A stretch of 64,000 nucleotides of DNA from Anolis carolinensis (lineage: Eukaryota), in NCBI RefSeq assembly GCF_035594765.1, contig NC_085842.1, forward strand, positions 235,053,747 to 235,117,746. Direction: 5' to 3'. This document shows, piece by piece, positions 40,073-53,295 of the stretch. A program made the translations under genes and the position numbers. Positions within the stretch are counted from its first letter, which is position 1. Every line of letters starts with the position of its first letter. Below the pieces are notes generated by a model. It saw only the letters and a program-made list of their open reading frames with translations, was not told the DNA's origin and ran no database searches.

Positions 40073-41462
40073 GGGGCCGGGCTGTGGCGCAGGCTGTTGA
40101 GCAGCTGCAATAAATCACTCTGACCATGAGGTCATAAGGTCGAGGCCAGCCCGTGGCGGGGTGAGCACCCGTCAATTAAAATTAAAAAAATAGCCCCTGC
40201 TTGTTGCTGACCTAGCAACCTGAAAGATAGTTGCATCTATCAAGTTGTGATGACTCATGGGCCATGTAGTCCCGTTCCTAGTGCTGTTGTGAATGATGAA
40301 GAGGAAAACTTGGGTTTTCCACCATTTCAGCCAGAAAAGGAACTATCCCAGCCAGAAATTGAGCCTTTGCACCTGCAGGAGGCTTGTCTTCCAGAAATCT
40401 GCCAAACAAGCCCTGAGTTGAGTTCTCCCCCTTTTTCGCGCCGTAATTATTATCTCCAGCAAAAAGGAGTGCAACAAGCTAATCGCAGGAGTTTGAGAAT
40501 TGCAGCAAAGCATTCAGATGATTAAGCCTGCTGCCATGAGAAATTTTAGGGAGTCATACATCTGGACACAGAGATTGACTTTCGTTTCTGATTCCCCAGA
40601 GAAGTGTTCTCTGGTGGGAAAACGAGGCCTATTTAGGTTCCTTGCTCCCGAAGGAATCTTGCGGAGTCAATTCGTCAGCTACCGGAGCAGCGTGTGTTGG
40701 ACAGCTACTCCTGTTTTCAAGCCTTTGTTCCTGTTCCAAGCCTTCGTTCTCAGCCTTGTTTTCTCCCCGGATCTTGCCTTGTTTTCCGGACCTCGCCAAG
40801 TAATTACCACGGATCTTGTTCTTGCTCCTCGTTTCCTTGTTGCCTTGAATCAAGCTTTGTGTGCCAAGAATCAAGTTATTTCCTAGCCTTGCTCAAGTTC
40901 ATGGACTAAAGGACCTTGTCATCTCCCCTCACTTGCTTGGCAAGTGAGTGTTTCGGTTATTGGATTACAACTTTGGACCTTAATATTTCATATTGGACAT
41001 TGCTTTTTTGGACTAATTTTGACCTTTCCTGAAAGGTCTACTTCTGGACTATTTCCTATACTTGTTTTTATTAACTTTATATATTTCCTTAATAAAGATA
41101 TTAGATAGATTCTGGCCTCTGTGTATGGTTATTGGTGCTCTGCAGCCTGGGTCGTGACACAAGTAAGAAATAAGGTACCACTTATAAAAGTGGGGAGGCA
41201 AGTTTAACTAATTTACGACCTGGAATGAGGAAGTGCCGTCAGAGTGGATGATGAAGCAGCTACTCCCCCCTGTGGCCAGAATCGAACATCACCTCAGAAG
41301 AAGGTTAAATTGCCTCTGCATCTGTCTGTCTCGGTCTCTGTTTGATGTGTTTATGGGCATTGAAAGTTTGCCCTATGTGTGTATAATGTGATCCGCCCTG
41401 AGTCCCCTTCGGGGTGAGAAGGGCGGAATATAAATACTGTAAATAAATAATAAATAAATAAG
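40073..41462 (+). mobile_element. tRNA-headed SINE with L2-type tail, split by a solo LTR
   Basis: Head GGGGCCGGGCTGTGGCGCAG. The empty site GCATCTATCAAGTA is intact in the 9046-9528 copy. Tail CCGCCCTGAGTCCCCTTCGGGGTGAGAAGGGCGG plus (TAAA)n. Confidence 0.8.
40246..41159 (+). mobile_element. Solo LTR (Gypsy-like), 914 bp
   Basis: TGTGATGAC...GTCGTGACA inverted ends, perfect 5-bp TSD CAAGT (40241-40245, 41160-41164), AATAAA at 41091. Confidence 0.9.
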
Positions 41463-43491
41463 TGAGGGGAAACATGTTCTGCGTGATCTTCAGGGTCAGT
41501 AAAGAGAGCTCCCTTATGAGACCATGGGGGTATGGGCAAGCAGGGTCACCCTCAGCTCAGTGGCTTTGCTCTACTCCCAGGGAACAGAGGAATCATGCAA
41601 TGACTTCTGTTTACACAACTTTCATTCCAGCTATGGACTTCATTCCATGGAACATCCCAACTACAATTCCTCCCTCCATTATGACATCCTCATTATGTTT
41701 ACAAGTGGGCAAGGGGGAATTCCCATCACATGGTAAATTGGGCATTTTTACATTACATTTCTCTATATGGGGAATTGAATAAGAATTTGATTGCCAATAA
41801 ACTTAGGAAGCATAAGAAAAAAAACCCACAATTTAGATATGGTGAAATACCTGGAACCCACTGTACAAGCTTGCGTCATGCGATCGGCTCTGTCAGTTGC
41901 CTTTTCTTAAATGTGTAGAAATGTTTTCATTGCATGTGATGAAGTCCCATGTATACCCAGGAGAAGGCCTAGTAAGTTGGTGCTGATTAGTCAGCAGATG
42001 TTTGAATCTGGATCCATGTTGTTACCAAGCCTTTTGACAATTTTAACCAATAAATATGTGACTTTTTATCCCAACATGTTCTGTCTATGTGATGATTGGT
42101 TAGGGAAACCATATTGGTTGCTAAATTGTCAAATGCCACAAGATTGAGCATTTGACAAGTCAGCACTCCTAATTTATTTTTGATTTGCTTTCTTTTGGTA
42201 GCACTTATGAAAAACAGTTTCATGAAAAATACATGTTTTCTTCACAAAAATGTAGGCTTTTGCACACACACAAATTCCCAATAGGGATAAAGATTTCGAT
42301 TTTTAATTTTTTTCATATATGAAAAAAATATGGGCAAAGTCTTCTATTACCATACTCTGCACTATGGAATACCTATTTAACCTGATGTATATAGGGATGA
42401 TTATTCCAAAACAAGGATCAGAATCCATCAATATTAGAATATCTTACAGTAGAAAAAAAGAAATGGAACTGTGGATTAAACAGGTCAGAAAAGATCCTGG
42501 TTATTATTATAGAGCAAAACAAGGAAAGAGATTTCTTAGTGTGGATTCACAGGCTTGGTAAACTTAATTCATAAAAGGGCACAACAAATTCAGAGTTGTG
42601 TAATAATTTTATGAGGATCACAGAAATATTCAAAACTTTCAAAACCTCACTACATTTTTGTGATGTTCTATTTCCTGAGGAAAAACATTAGACAACCTAG
42701 AATTGCATTAATACACATAGGTCACATGACAGCAGTCTGTTTCTTAAAGCATTAAGTGACAATATTGATTATATGTCTCTGTTAAGTTAATGTATGTGAT
42801 AACACTTTATTTCACAATTGTGGTAGATGTCGCTTCGCAGTAGCATTGCTCTCTTCTCTTAGGAGACCTGTGCCTTTGGAATATCACAATTATTTCAGTT
42901 CACTGTATCTCAGTTCTTTTATCAAATCATCGCATGATAAATGAGAGGTGTTTTTAGAAACATGTAAGTTGTAATAAGATATTTCCTTATCCTGCCTGTC
43001 AATTTGAAAATCTACCACCTTTAAAAATATTCATCTTGCGCACTGTCCCTTGGGCTACATTTTGCACTGTCGGACTTTCTGTCTAGTAAGGCATCCGTTT
43101 TCATGTGCTCCCTTTCATGCTAAAAGAAGTCCCCTTTTTACTAATAGATGAATGCGGTGCGTTTGCCTTAATTACAGTAACATGTTGTCCTTTTCATTTA
43201 TGTTGGTGCAATCTGCTTTTGACATTGTGTCATAAAAGTTTATGTGCTGTGTTCTCCATGCTCCTTACTAATATCCCTGCCATTCTCCCTTGCCTATCTG
43301 AAATCAATACCGTTGCTCCTCTCTTGATAAAAAAAGGCAAAGAAAGGAAAGAAATGTAAAGCAATGAACAGGACCAAATGTACATGCAGGCAATTTGCAG
43401 CAATTAGATACACTGCTCTCGCTTAAGGGATAAACCAGGATGACAAGGATCACAGTTGTCACAGTTCAGGGACCTTTGCAAGAAGGTTTAA

Positions 43492-43525
<34 letters not shown>

Positions 43526-44309
43526 GTTTCATCTAAAGATTCAAAGCTCAGTCTGTATCTTTCTATATGTGGACAGCAGAGGCAAAACAAGAGACAAATT
43601 GGGACAGAGAAGCATGTAAATTAGGAGCCCTTTGCAATCAATTTTTACTTGCATCTGGTGGATTGTAATCAATGTTAATTAACCAGGCTCCTTTTTCAGA
43701 ACAGGACAGATCAGGGGAGCAACTGCATACATTCTGGTCTATGACAACAGATTTTACAACTTTTCAGGAAGGGAGAGAGTGATGACTCTTGGAGCAGCAA
43801 GAGAATACAAGAGAGCAGGGGGATGGAGGATTCTTGAAACACTTGAAAAAAGAAATTGTTGGAATATTACACTGCCTAGGAAATGGGGATTGGAAGCAAT
43901 CTGGTTCCTTAACTCATACTTACGACTTCACCAGACGGGCTGATTTTCCCATCATACACCGCTTGCTTTGCCCTTTTGCTTCAGAGCCCATTACACGATG
44001 CACGGAGACTTCCAGCCGGGCTCTGTGGCAAAAAGGGAGAGCAAGCAGTGTACACCATCACCACAGCAACATGGGAGGTTTCCTGTATTGCCTTTGGGGA
44101 TAACCAGGCGGCAATGCCCCCCCCCCCCCGAGATGGCGCAGAAATTAGTCATGTGATGCGCGGCATGGAGCGAAAGGTTCTCTACACCACCCACCAGAAC
44201 CCAACGGATTCACCATGTTGCATGGCGAATCTATAGGCCTTTGTGATAAAATCGTTACTTTATGAAGTAGTATTTCATATCCACTGAGGCTTATTCCCTC
44301 GTGCTAGTG

Positions 44310-44444
44310 CAGTGGTTCTCAACCTGTGCATCCCCTGATGTTTTGGCCTTCAACTCCCAGAAATCCTAACAGCTAGTAAACTGGCTGGGATTTCTGGGAG
44401 TTGTAGGTCAAAACACCTGGGGACCCACAGGTTGAGAACCACTG
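44310..44444. mobile_element. Short palindromic hAT MITE
   Basis: TIR CAGTGGTTCTCAACCTGTG; flanks TGCTAGTG/CCCTAGTG. Confidence 0.85.
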
Positions 44445-44456
44445 CCCTAGTGAGTA

Positions 44457-44499
<43 letters not shown>

Positions 44500-44507
<8 letters not shown>

Positions 44508-45010
44508 CTTTATTTATACCCCGCCACCATCTCCCCAACGGGGACTCGGGGCGGCTTACATGGGGCCATGCCCAGAGCAAAACAATATAACAAGTATAAA
44601 TACAACATAACATAGAGCAATTAAACAATACAATAAGTAATAATATACAATATACACTACAATGCAAATCAAAGAAACAGTAAAAACAGGGCCGGCCACA
44701 TGAATACAAAGATAAAAACTCGGGTGAGAAAGATAAGGGGAATGGAGACCACGGGGAGCAGGGACATGCGAAAGTGGAACCGTCTAGAGGAAAGATGTTG
44801 GAGAGGAGCAAAAAAAGGAATAAATAACAGTTACTCTCCAAAAGCGCAGCGGAAGAGCCATGTTTTTAAATCTTTTTTAAAAGCTAATAGAGTGGGAGCT
44901 TGCCTAATCTCAATGGGCAGTGAATTCCATAGTCGAGGGGCCACAGCAGAAAAGGCCCTCTCCCTAGTACCCACAAGGCGGGCCTGGGATATAGGCAGTG
45001 GCGTAAGGAG
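44500..45010 (-). mobile_element. L2 LINE 3' end
   Basis: 3' stem GTAAGCCGCCCCGAGTCCCCGTTGGGGAGATGGTGGCGGGGTATAAATAAA plus (TTA)n; upstream coding remnant (AFSAVAPRLWNSLP...FKKDLKTWLF). Confidence 0.85.
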
Positions 45011-46247
45011 TAGCCATATGATTCAAGATGTAGCCATTTCATTATCCTTTTTTCTGCTTTTTTCCAATTCAGATTATTGAGTTTAGTCCATATTTATGTC
45101 ACCCTGGTTCAAAAGATGAATTTTCCACCTCTCTCCCTGAGCTTGAGGGAGTTGCTTTTGGACTTGAACTCCAAATGGCCAGGTCAGCTTAGCCACTAGG
45201 AATATTGAAGGAGCTGTAGTCGAAAGCTTTCCAGGACTTGCTATCCCCCATCAGAAAGCATGTTTTGCCCTTGCCTCTGTAGCTACCAGGAGACATCTCT
45301 TCAACAAACATTAAATTCACAAGAAAGGAGAAAATATACTGTACTCCAGGATTTATGCACCTCCTGTATACAAATCTTCCATCTCTATTGATTACTGTGT
45401 TCAGTGTATAAAGCTGTCTTTTCTAGGACTTTTGATAACAATTAGAATTAAGACCAAACCCTACCATGAACTAGATAGCACAACAGTCATATTTCCCCAC
45501 TACGTCTTGAGAAGGCACATTAATGTACTAATTAGATATATAGGCACAGTGTGTCATGGCTATTTATGCTAGCCACAATGCTTTCACCCTTCTAACAAAA
45601 CCAGTTCATAGCCCCCGTTCCCTTTGGCTACTGAGCCACTTAAGTATCTGCAGAAGTCATGTGAAGTAATGGGGAGAAAAAAATAAGAAAGTAGAACCAT
45701 CTCTCTGGTGAAGTGAATATTATTTGTAGCAACCTCTTCTTCATTTCAAGCTTTTTTATGAGGAATGCTGACTGTTAACACTATGTTTCACCATGAGGCA
45801 TATATCTCTATTTTACACACTTAAGTGTATTCCCCACTCACCCATTTTATCTGATTTTGTAAGTGTCAGGACAGCCTTCTCCTTTTGCTTGTTAATAGAT
45901 TCCATATTTTCATGGAAAATATGCCTAACTGTAGAATATACACACACAGGATATATTCTGTGAACTAACCTGGAGCGCTATGATTACACAATTGTAATAT
46001 TAGTAAGTGCCACTGGTACACAGAGATATGTAGTTTACGGAGTAGTACTTATGTATGGTTGCAAAAGCCTGGACAGTGAAGAAAGCTAATAGGAAAAGAA
46101 TCAACTCATACAAAATGTGCAACTCGAGGAGAGTTCTATGGATACCATAGACTGCTTTTTTAAAAAAAACAGATATTGTAAAGAGGTCTGAGAGCAAATC
46201 AACCCTGAACTCTCTTTAAAATACAAGAGGACTAAACTGAGGCTGGC

Positions 46248-47030
46248 ATAGAATCATAGAATCATAGAGTTGGAAGAGACCTCGTGGGCCATCCAGTCCA
46301 ACCCTCTGACAAAAAGCAGGAAAATCGCATTCAAAGCATCCCCAGCTGATGGCCATCCAGCCTCTGTTTAAAAGCCTCCAAAGAAGGAGCCTCCACCACA
46401 TTCCAGGGCAGAGAGTTCCACTGCTGAACAGCTCTCACAGTGAGGAAGTTCTTCCTGATGTTCAGGTGGAATCTCCTTTCCTATAGTTGGAAGCCATTGT
46501 TCCACATCCTAGTCTCCAGGGCAGCAGAAAACAAGCTCCTTCCCTCCTCCCTATGATTTCCCCTTACATATTTATACATGGCCCTCATCATGTCTCCTCT
46601 CAGGCTTCCCTTCTGCAGGTTAAACATGCCCGGCTCTTTAAGCCACTCCTCATAGGGTTTGTTCTCCAGACCCTTGATCATTTTAGCCGCCCTCCTCTGG
46701 ACACCTTCCAGCTTGTCAACATCTCCCTTCAATCGCCCAGAATTGGACACAGTATGATTCCAGGCATGGTCTGACCAAGGCAGAAGAGAGCGGTAGCATG
46801 ACATCCCTGGATCTAGAAACTATACTCCTATTTATGCAGGCCAAAATCTCATTAGCTTTTTTAGCCGCCGCATGACATTGTAGGCTCATGTTTAGCTTGC
46901 TGGCCACAAAGACTCCAAGATCTTTTTCACACGTAGTGCTATTGAGCGAGGCGTCACCCATTCTGTACCTGTGCATTTCATTTTTTTCTGCCTAGGTGGA
47001 CTATCTTATATTTGTCCCTGTTGAACTTCA
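46248..47030 (-). mobile_element. CR1 LINE 3' fragment
   Basis: EKDLGV...KANEILACI...SALVRP...VQRRAAKMIKGLE translation; (ATTCTATG)n tail at 46248-46268. Confidence 0.93.
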
Positions 47031-47964
47031 TACTTTGAACATATTATGAGATAACATGCCTCATTAGAAAAGATGGTAAAAGTAGGTTAAAAAGAGGCAG
47101 ACTGTATTATGAACTGATTCAATAAAAGAAGCCACAGCCCTCAGTTTCCGAGATATGAAGAGGGGTGTTGATGTCCAAGGATTGTAGAAGTTTCTCTCTT
47201 TCATAGCGTTGCCAAATGCTGAACCCAACCACACAGTGAACAACAACAACAAATTTAGGATTCCCTGATAGAGAGCTCTATTATCTCATCAAACTACAAA
47301 ACCACAGGATTCCATCGGATGCACTCATGGCACTTAAAGTGGAAAACATAGTGCTATAATTGTCTAATGTGAAAGGGATCCTGGTGTTTTACATTTCCCC
47401 CAAAATGTCCAGGATAATCCAATTCAACCTTCAAAAAGATAAGGAACTGACTTTTGCTAGTAAACAAGCTGCCTTTTTCTCCAACCCAGGTTAACTCTGT
47501 CCTGCATTTTATTATTATTGTTACAAGTTTATTGGAAGCATTTATTCTAATGAGCAATACAATTTTACATATCCCTGTTAAAACGATGGCTCATATTCAT
47601 ACTTACAGATATCTTATGTACTAATCAGTTACCTACAGCTTCCCCAATTTCCAATATCCCAAGAAGATAGCAATCAATAGCAGTTAAAATAGTTGAACAA
47701 AACAGATTTTCTTACTTTTCCAAACATAGTATGGGAGGATTATAGGGAAGTGGAGTGTTATAAAGAATATGACAAGTTGGTAATTATATTCCTTTAAACT
47801 ACCCAGGAACAGAATCACATTCCACACAAACGCCTGCCAATTTACAACAGTTTGATAAACTCTTTGCCATGGAATTTTATTCTATTTCAAAAAAGATTTG
47901 TAAAAGACAATACAAAGAACATATAAAACTACAAGACTAAAACGTGCTGATCATACAGTGCCGT

Positions 47965-48985
47965 GGGGTGCATCTACACTGCAGAATTAATGCAGTTTGA
48001 CACCACTCTAACTGGCATGACTCAATGCTGTGGAATCATGGGAGCTGTAGTTTTACAAGAGTGTTGAAATACAGCTTAATGGTATAATATTAGAAAATGT
48101 TGACCATTTCAGCTACCTTGGCAGCCACCTCTCCACAAAAGTCAACATTGACACTGAAACACCGCCTGAGCTCTGCGAGTGCAGCATTCTTCCGAATGAA
48201 ACAAGGAGTGTTTGAGGATCGGGACATCCATAGGGATACCAAGGTGTTTGTTTGTAAAGCTATTGTGGTCCCAACCCTGTTTTACATCTGTGAAACATGG
48301 ACGTCACACTCAACTCCTGGAACGATTCCACCCGCGTTGCCTCCGAAAAATCCTGCAAATCTCTTGCGAAGACAGGTGGACAAATGTCAGCATACTGGAA
48401 GAAACAAAGACCACTGGTATTGAAGCGATGCTTCTACGCCATCAACTCCGCTCGACTGGCCACATTGTCCGAATACACAATCACTGTCACCCAAAGCAGT
48501 TACTATACTCCCAACTCAAGAACGGGAAACGTAATGTTGGTGGACAGGAAAACAGATTTAAAGATGGGCTTAAAACTAACCTTATAAACTGTGGCACAGA
48601 CACCAAGAACTGGGAAACCCTAGACCTTGAGCCCTCTAGCTGGAGGTCAGCTGTGACCCTCAGTGCTGTGGAATTTGAAGAGGCACAAATGGAGGGCGAA
48701 AGGAAGAAATGTGCCAAGAGGAAGACAGATCAAGCAACCCTGACCAGGACCACCTTCCACTAGGAAACCTATGTTCCTACTGTGGAAGAACTTGCGGGTC
48801 AAGAATAGTCACCTACGTATCCACCACCAAAACACCACACTTGGAAGTCTATCATACTCGGACAACGAGGGATTGCCTAAGTGAATAAGGTGCCTCATCA
48901 AACTATGACTCTTAGGATTCCATAGCACTGAATGAAGACAATCAAAGTGGTGTCAAACTGCATTAACTATACAGTGTAGAGACAG
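47965..48985. mobile_element. GGTGCATCTACACTG-type MITE interrupted by an RTE fragment; related copies ~7065-7210, 20330-20550, 27507-27700
   Basis: Ends GGGTGCATCTACACTG / CAGTGTAGAGAC and AATTAATGCAGTTTGACACCAC inverted subtermini. Confidence 0.65.
48062..48885 (+). mobile_element. RTE-clade (non-BovB, RTE-1-like) LINE 3' fragment, frameshifted
   Basis: LENVDHFSYLGS...TKVFVCKAIVVPTL...LERFHPRCLRKILQI...GHIVRI...PKQLLYSQL...RFKD. Confidence 0.88.
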
Positions 48986-49039
48986 ACTTAGATATGATTT
49001 TGTAATAACTCGAGCAAGTTAGAGTAAGGAGAAACTTTC

Positions 49040-49188
49040 TATCTCTCATATCCCCGCAAGTTAGAGCTGATAGATGGGAGCTCACCCCGTCTCGCGGATT
49101 TGAACCGGCAACCTTCAGGTCAACAACCCAACCTTCAGTTCGACAATTCAGCAGGCACAAGAGTTTAACCCATTGTGACACTGCACCT
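49040..49188 (-). mobile_element. 5' half of the Vingi-related tRNA-SINE (same family as 62855-63143)
   Basis: Shared AACCGGCAACCTTCAGGTCA...AACCCAAC...GGCACAAG; ends within the ribozyme-derived segment GCGGGGATATGAGAGA. Confidence 0.75.
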
Positions 49189-49342
49189 CAAGTATACAAC
49201 ACAGTATTAAAATATTAAAGAGCAAGTATACAACACAGTATTAAAATCTGTATTTGCATTTCTTGGATTCCTGTTTTAAAAAGATGCTCAAGATGTTTTA
49301 CAGTTAAAATATATAAAAAAAATAAAAAGAGAAAATAATATA

Positions 49343-49665
49343 CAGTAGAGTCTCACTTATCCAACATTCGCTTATCCAACGTTCTGGATTATCCAACACA
49401 TATTTGTAGTCAATGTTTTCAATATATCGTGATATTTTGGTGCTAAATTCATAAATACAGTAATTTCTACATAGCATTACTGCGTATTGAACTACTTTTT
49501 CTGCCAAATTTGTTGTCTAACATGATGTTTTGGTGCTTCATTTGTAAAATCATAACCTAATTTGATGTTTAATAGGCTTTTCCTTAATGCCTCCTTATTA
49601 TCCAACATATTCGCTTATCCAACATTCTGCCGGCCCATTTATGTTGGATAAGTGAGACTCTACTG
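49343..49665. mobile_element. Tc1/mariner (pogo/Tigger-like) MITE, young
   Basis: Perfect 24-bp TIR CAGTAGAGTCTCACTTATCCAACA; TA TSD. Confidence 0.92.
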
Positions 49666-49986
49666 TAATAATAATAAATAATAATAAATTTGATAAACAT
49701 TTTCACTTTATCAAAATACAAAAGAAAAGAACTTTCCATGCATACTTTTTAGTCACAGGCAACCTATGGATCCCATCTCAGGAAAAAGGTGGGGTATATA
49801 TTCAAAGAACAAATGAAGAAATGTGCTATGCTATGATTTCACAACAAACAAAATGCTAGAGCTCGACACGTCGTGGGATTAATCAGTTTAATGACTGTTC
49901 CAAAAATGCACAAGGAATATCTAAAATTCCCATGCTCACATTTTGTTTTCACCAGCACTAGGCTGGGCTGTTGTAAGGCCCTAGTG

Positions 49987-50114
49987 CAGGGGTCCCCAAA
50001 CTAAGGCCCGGGGGCCGGATGCGGCCCATCGAAGCAGTTTATCCGGCCCCCATGGCACAAGGGCAGAAGGGGATTGGGCTAAATGACCCAAGGGGTCTCT
50101 TCTTCTCTTACAAC

Positions 50115-50167
<53 letters not shown>

Positions 50168-50579
50168 GAAACACAACAAGATGAGTCCACAGCAGACACT
50201 CTGCTGGCTGTTGTATTGGATCATATTCCGGACACTTCCCAAGTGTCTAGGACTGTGTGATGTATAGGCGAATAATACGTGCAGGTCCCAGTAAGGTGGC
50301 CTTCTGCAGCTGGCAGGTGGGGATTTTGTCAGCGCCGATTGTGTTTAAGTGCAGGCCAAGGTCTTTAGGCACTGCACCCAGTGTGCCGATCACCACTGGG
50401 ACCACCTTGACTGGCTTGTGCCAGAGTCTTTGTAATTTGATCTTTAAATCCTCATATCGTGTCAGCTTTTCCAGTTGTTTCTCCTCAATCTTGCTGTCAC
50501 CTGGTATTGCAACATCAGCAATCCATACTTTGTTTTTTAACACGATTGTGAGGTCAGGAGTATTGTGCTCCAAAACCCT

Positions 50580-50650
<71 letters not shown>

Positions 50651-50757
50651 ATTGAGGCTGGGTGGCCATCTGTCAGGGATGCTTTGCTTGTGCTTTTGGT
50701 GCACAGAGGCAGAAGGGGGTTGGACTAAATGGCCCAAGGGGTCTCTTCCAACCCTCT

Positions 50758-50801
<44 letters not shown>

Positions 50802-51047
50802 ATTGAGTCTGGGTGGCCATCTGTCAGGGGTGCTTTGCTTGTGCTTTCAGTACACAAAGGCAGAAGGGCATTGGACTCAATGGCCCAAAGGATCTCTTTC
50901 AACCCTCTTTTTTATTATTGTTGTTGCTGTTGTTGTTGTTATTATTATTAATTATTATTATTGCTTGGTGGCCAACTATAGTCCGGCCCTCCAACGGTCT
51001 GAAGGATCGTGAACTGGCCCCCTGTTTAAAAAGTTTGGGGATCCCTG
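49987..51047. mobile_element. hAT MITE carrying tandem CR1-3'-like units with (TAT)n and a nested R4/Dong fragment
   Basis: TIR CAGGGGTCCCCAAACT / AGTTTGGGGATCCCTG; perfect TSD CCCTAGTG. Confidence 0.88.
50167..50580 (-). mobile_element. R4/Dong-clade non-LTR 3' fragment with restriction-like endonuclease (ORF 50247-50573), inserted in (TAA)n
   Basis: HNTPDL...IADVAIPGD...EKLTRYEDL...VVPVVIGTLG is the PD-(D/E)xK RLE signature; flanked on both sides by (TAA)n. Confidence 0.9.
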
Positions 51048-51858
51048 CCCTAGTGTTTGGAAGCAGTGTAATATATTGATTCTTTGGGTGCCATTGTCAA
51101 CATGGTTCCTGGTGAGGGTTGTGTTGTTTAGCAAGCTATGCAAGATTCCACTGCCCAAGCCCACGAATTCTTGCACTGTTTCTTCCCTCTTTCTTTACTG
51201 TCTCCAGTTTGTGGAGTAGAAATAAACAAAGCCATCTCAGTATAAAATGAAAATATACGCACAATGATGCAAGATAGAAGAGAAACATTCTCACAGCCCA
51301 GAACGCAGAACCTTTGAAGTTCTAGCTTGGATTTATCCATGCAAATCTCCTGCTTTCCAAATCCAATTATACTTCTCTGGTGTTGGTAAAAAAGAAAGCA
51401 AATAAAACATTCCCTTGTGGCCAATTTGCACTTTTGACAGCACATAAGGGTCAGAGACCCCTGTCAGCTGTTTCTCTGCTGCAAAGCAGCAAGCTGGGAG
51501 TGTGATTTGCACTGTAGAAACAGTGGACAGTGTGTTTGTGGGAGTGTTCTGCTTAACCCTTCTTTTGCCCACCATTTCCCCCTACAGCTTTTCTAGATTC
51601 CCTCCCTTGCTCGATATAGAATTCATAAACCTGGAACTCTAGTTGGAGGGAATAATGCAGCCTGTTTCAAGAAGATGGGCATGATCTGAAATCACTATAT
51701 CTCTGCAACTATGAACTGCCCATGAATGAAACTCTTACCACTTGAAAGAACGGGGCCTAGGGTTGCAAAGGATTACTGCTAGATTACTATTCCCCCAGTG
51801 TACAAACAGTCCCTAGTCTCACTCATATAGAAAATTGTGAACCCGCAACATAAGGCCT

Positions 51859-52190
51859 GGAGCCTCCGGTGGCTCAGTGTGTCAAAGCGCTGAGCTGCTG
51901 AACTTGCAGACCGAAAGGTTCCAGGTTCTAACCCGGGGAGCGGAGTGAGCGCCCGCTGTTAGCTCCAGCTTCTGCCAACCTAGCAGTTCGAAAACATGCA
52001 AATGTGAGTAGATCAATAGGTACTGCTCCGGCAGAAAGGTAACGGCGCTTCATGCAGTCATGCCGGCCACATGACCTTGGAGGTGTCTATGGTCAACTCC
52101 GGCAATTCAGCTTAGAAATGGAGATGAGCACCAACCCCCAGAGTTGGACACGACTGGACTTAACGTCAGGGGAAACCTTTACCTTTACCT
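51859..52190 (+). mobile_element. Sauria SINE, full length
   Basis: TSD AACATAAGGCCT (51847-51858, 52191-52202); ACCTTT tail. Confidence 0.93.
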
Positions 52191-53147
52191 AACATAAGGC
52201 CTAATAAAATATTCTCCATGTGCAGAGTTTTGTTTTTTTTTTTAGATTTGTTTCTGGTTAGTTTCTGATTGATCAGGAAAGCCTTTGTAACTTTTTGAGT
52301 AATTGTAATATGTTGCCTTTGTGAAATATACTGCTTTGAAATTTATATACACCCTGTATATAAGGGGTTGCAAGGAAAGGCTAAATATATCCCTGTGAGC
52401 ATCCACTGCAGGTTAGCATCACAGCATCCATCCTTTTGCTGGGTAAGAGTGACACGCAGGGCTCCAAGGCCATACCTTCCAACCTTTCAAAGCTGAATAC
52501 TAGGACAGATGTGACATCAGAGTATGATCAAGATGGGAAAAGTTATTGATGAGTAAAAACATGCAAGCATTTTGCTTCTACTGACGTTATTAATATTATT
52601 ATCATCATGGACCAATCATTGAACTTCTTCTTGCCTAGTATACATTTTTATCTTCGGGTAAAGAAATAACCATGTGTTTATTTTTACTTGAATTTGGGAC
52701 ACTTTGGCAAAAGGCTGCAACTTCCATAGCAAGCTCTGATAAAGTTAAATAGCTTGTGTTGTGCTTTAACTGGCCCCTTGACTTATTTCTCATAATTCCT
52801 TTAGTTGGCCATTGGACACCATTTCCCCCTCAGAAACTGAACCATTGAGCACGATCCAACAAAGTTCTCTGTGTTGACTGCATTATACTGGAATTCCTTT
52901 CCAGTCCTCAGCATGAGGGCAGGGAAGCACATTGCTCCACTTCATTGACGGGAGAGAAAAATAGTCCCGGCTGGGACTCAAAGGGCAGGGACAGTGGAAA
53001 CACACTCCCTGCCCTGCTCATTTCTTTGTCGGCACTGACCAGCCCGCTCGCCTTTTTAACAGTGTACTTTACAAGGGTCCCGATGGGGCTGGGTAGGAAT
53101 TTTTCCCTCCCCCTATGTTCTAGGGTTTTTTTCATCTACCATACACA

Positions 53148-53295
53148 GTGCTCCATGCAGTCATGCCGGCCACATGACCTTGGAGGTGTCTACGGACAAT
53201 GCCGGCTCTTCGGCTTAGAAATGGAGATGAGCACCAACCCCCAGAGTCAGACATGACTGGACTTAACGTCAGGGGAAACCTTTACCTTTACCTTA
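53148..53295 (+). mobile_element. 5'-truncated Sauria SINE
   Basis: 3' half and ACCTTT tail. Confidence 0.9.

Noticed and set aside
49981-51079. ORFs with poly-N/Y/L/I runs
   Set aside because: These are translations of (TAT)n microsatellites; only the R4 endonuclease frame is real.
51965-52060. Possible HDV-like remnant in the Sauria SINE middle (CTTCTGCC / GGCAGAAA-GGTAAC)
   Set aside because: No G1.U pair and no convincing P2 or J4/2 could be built by eye.
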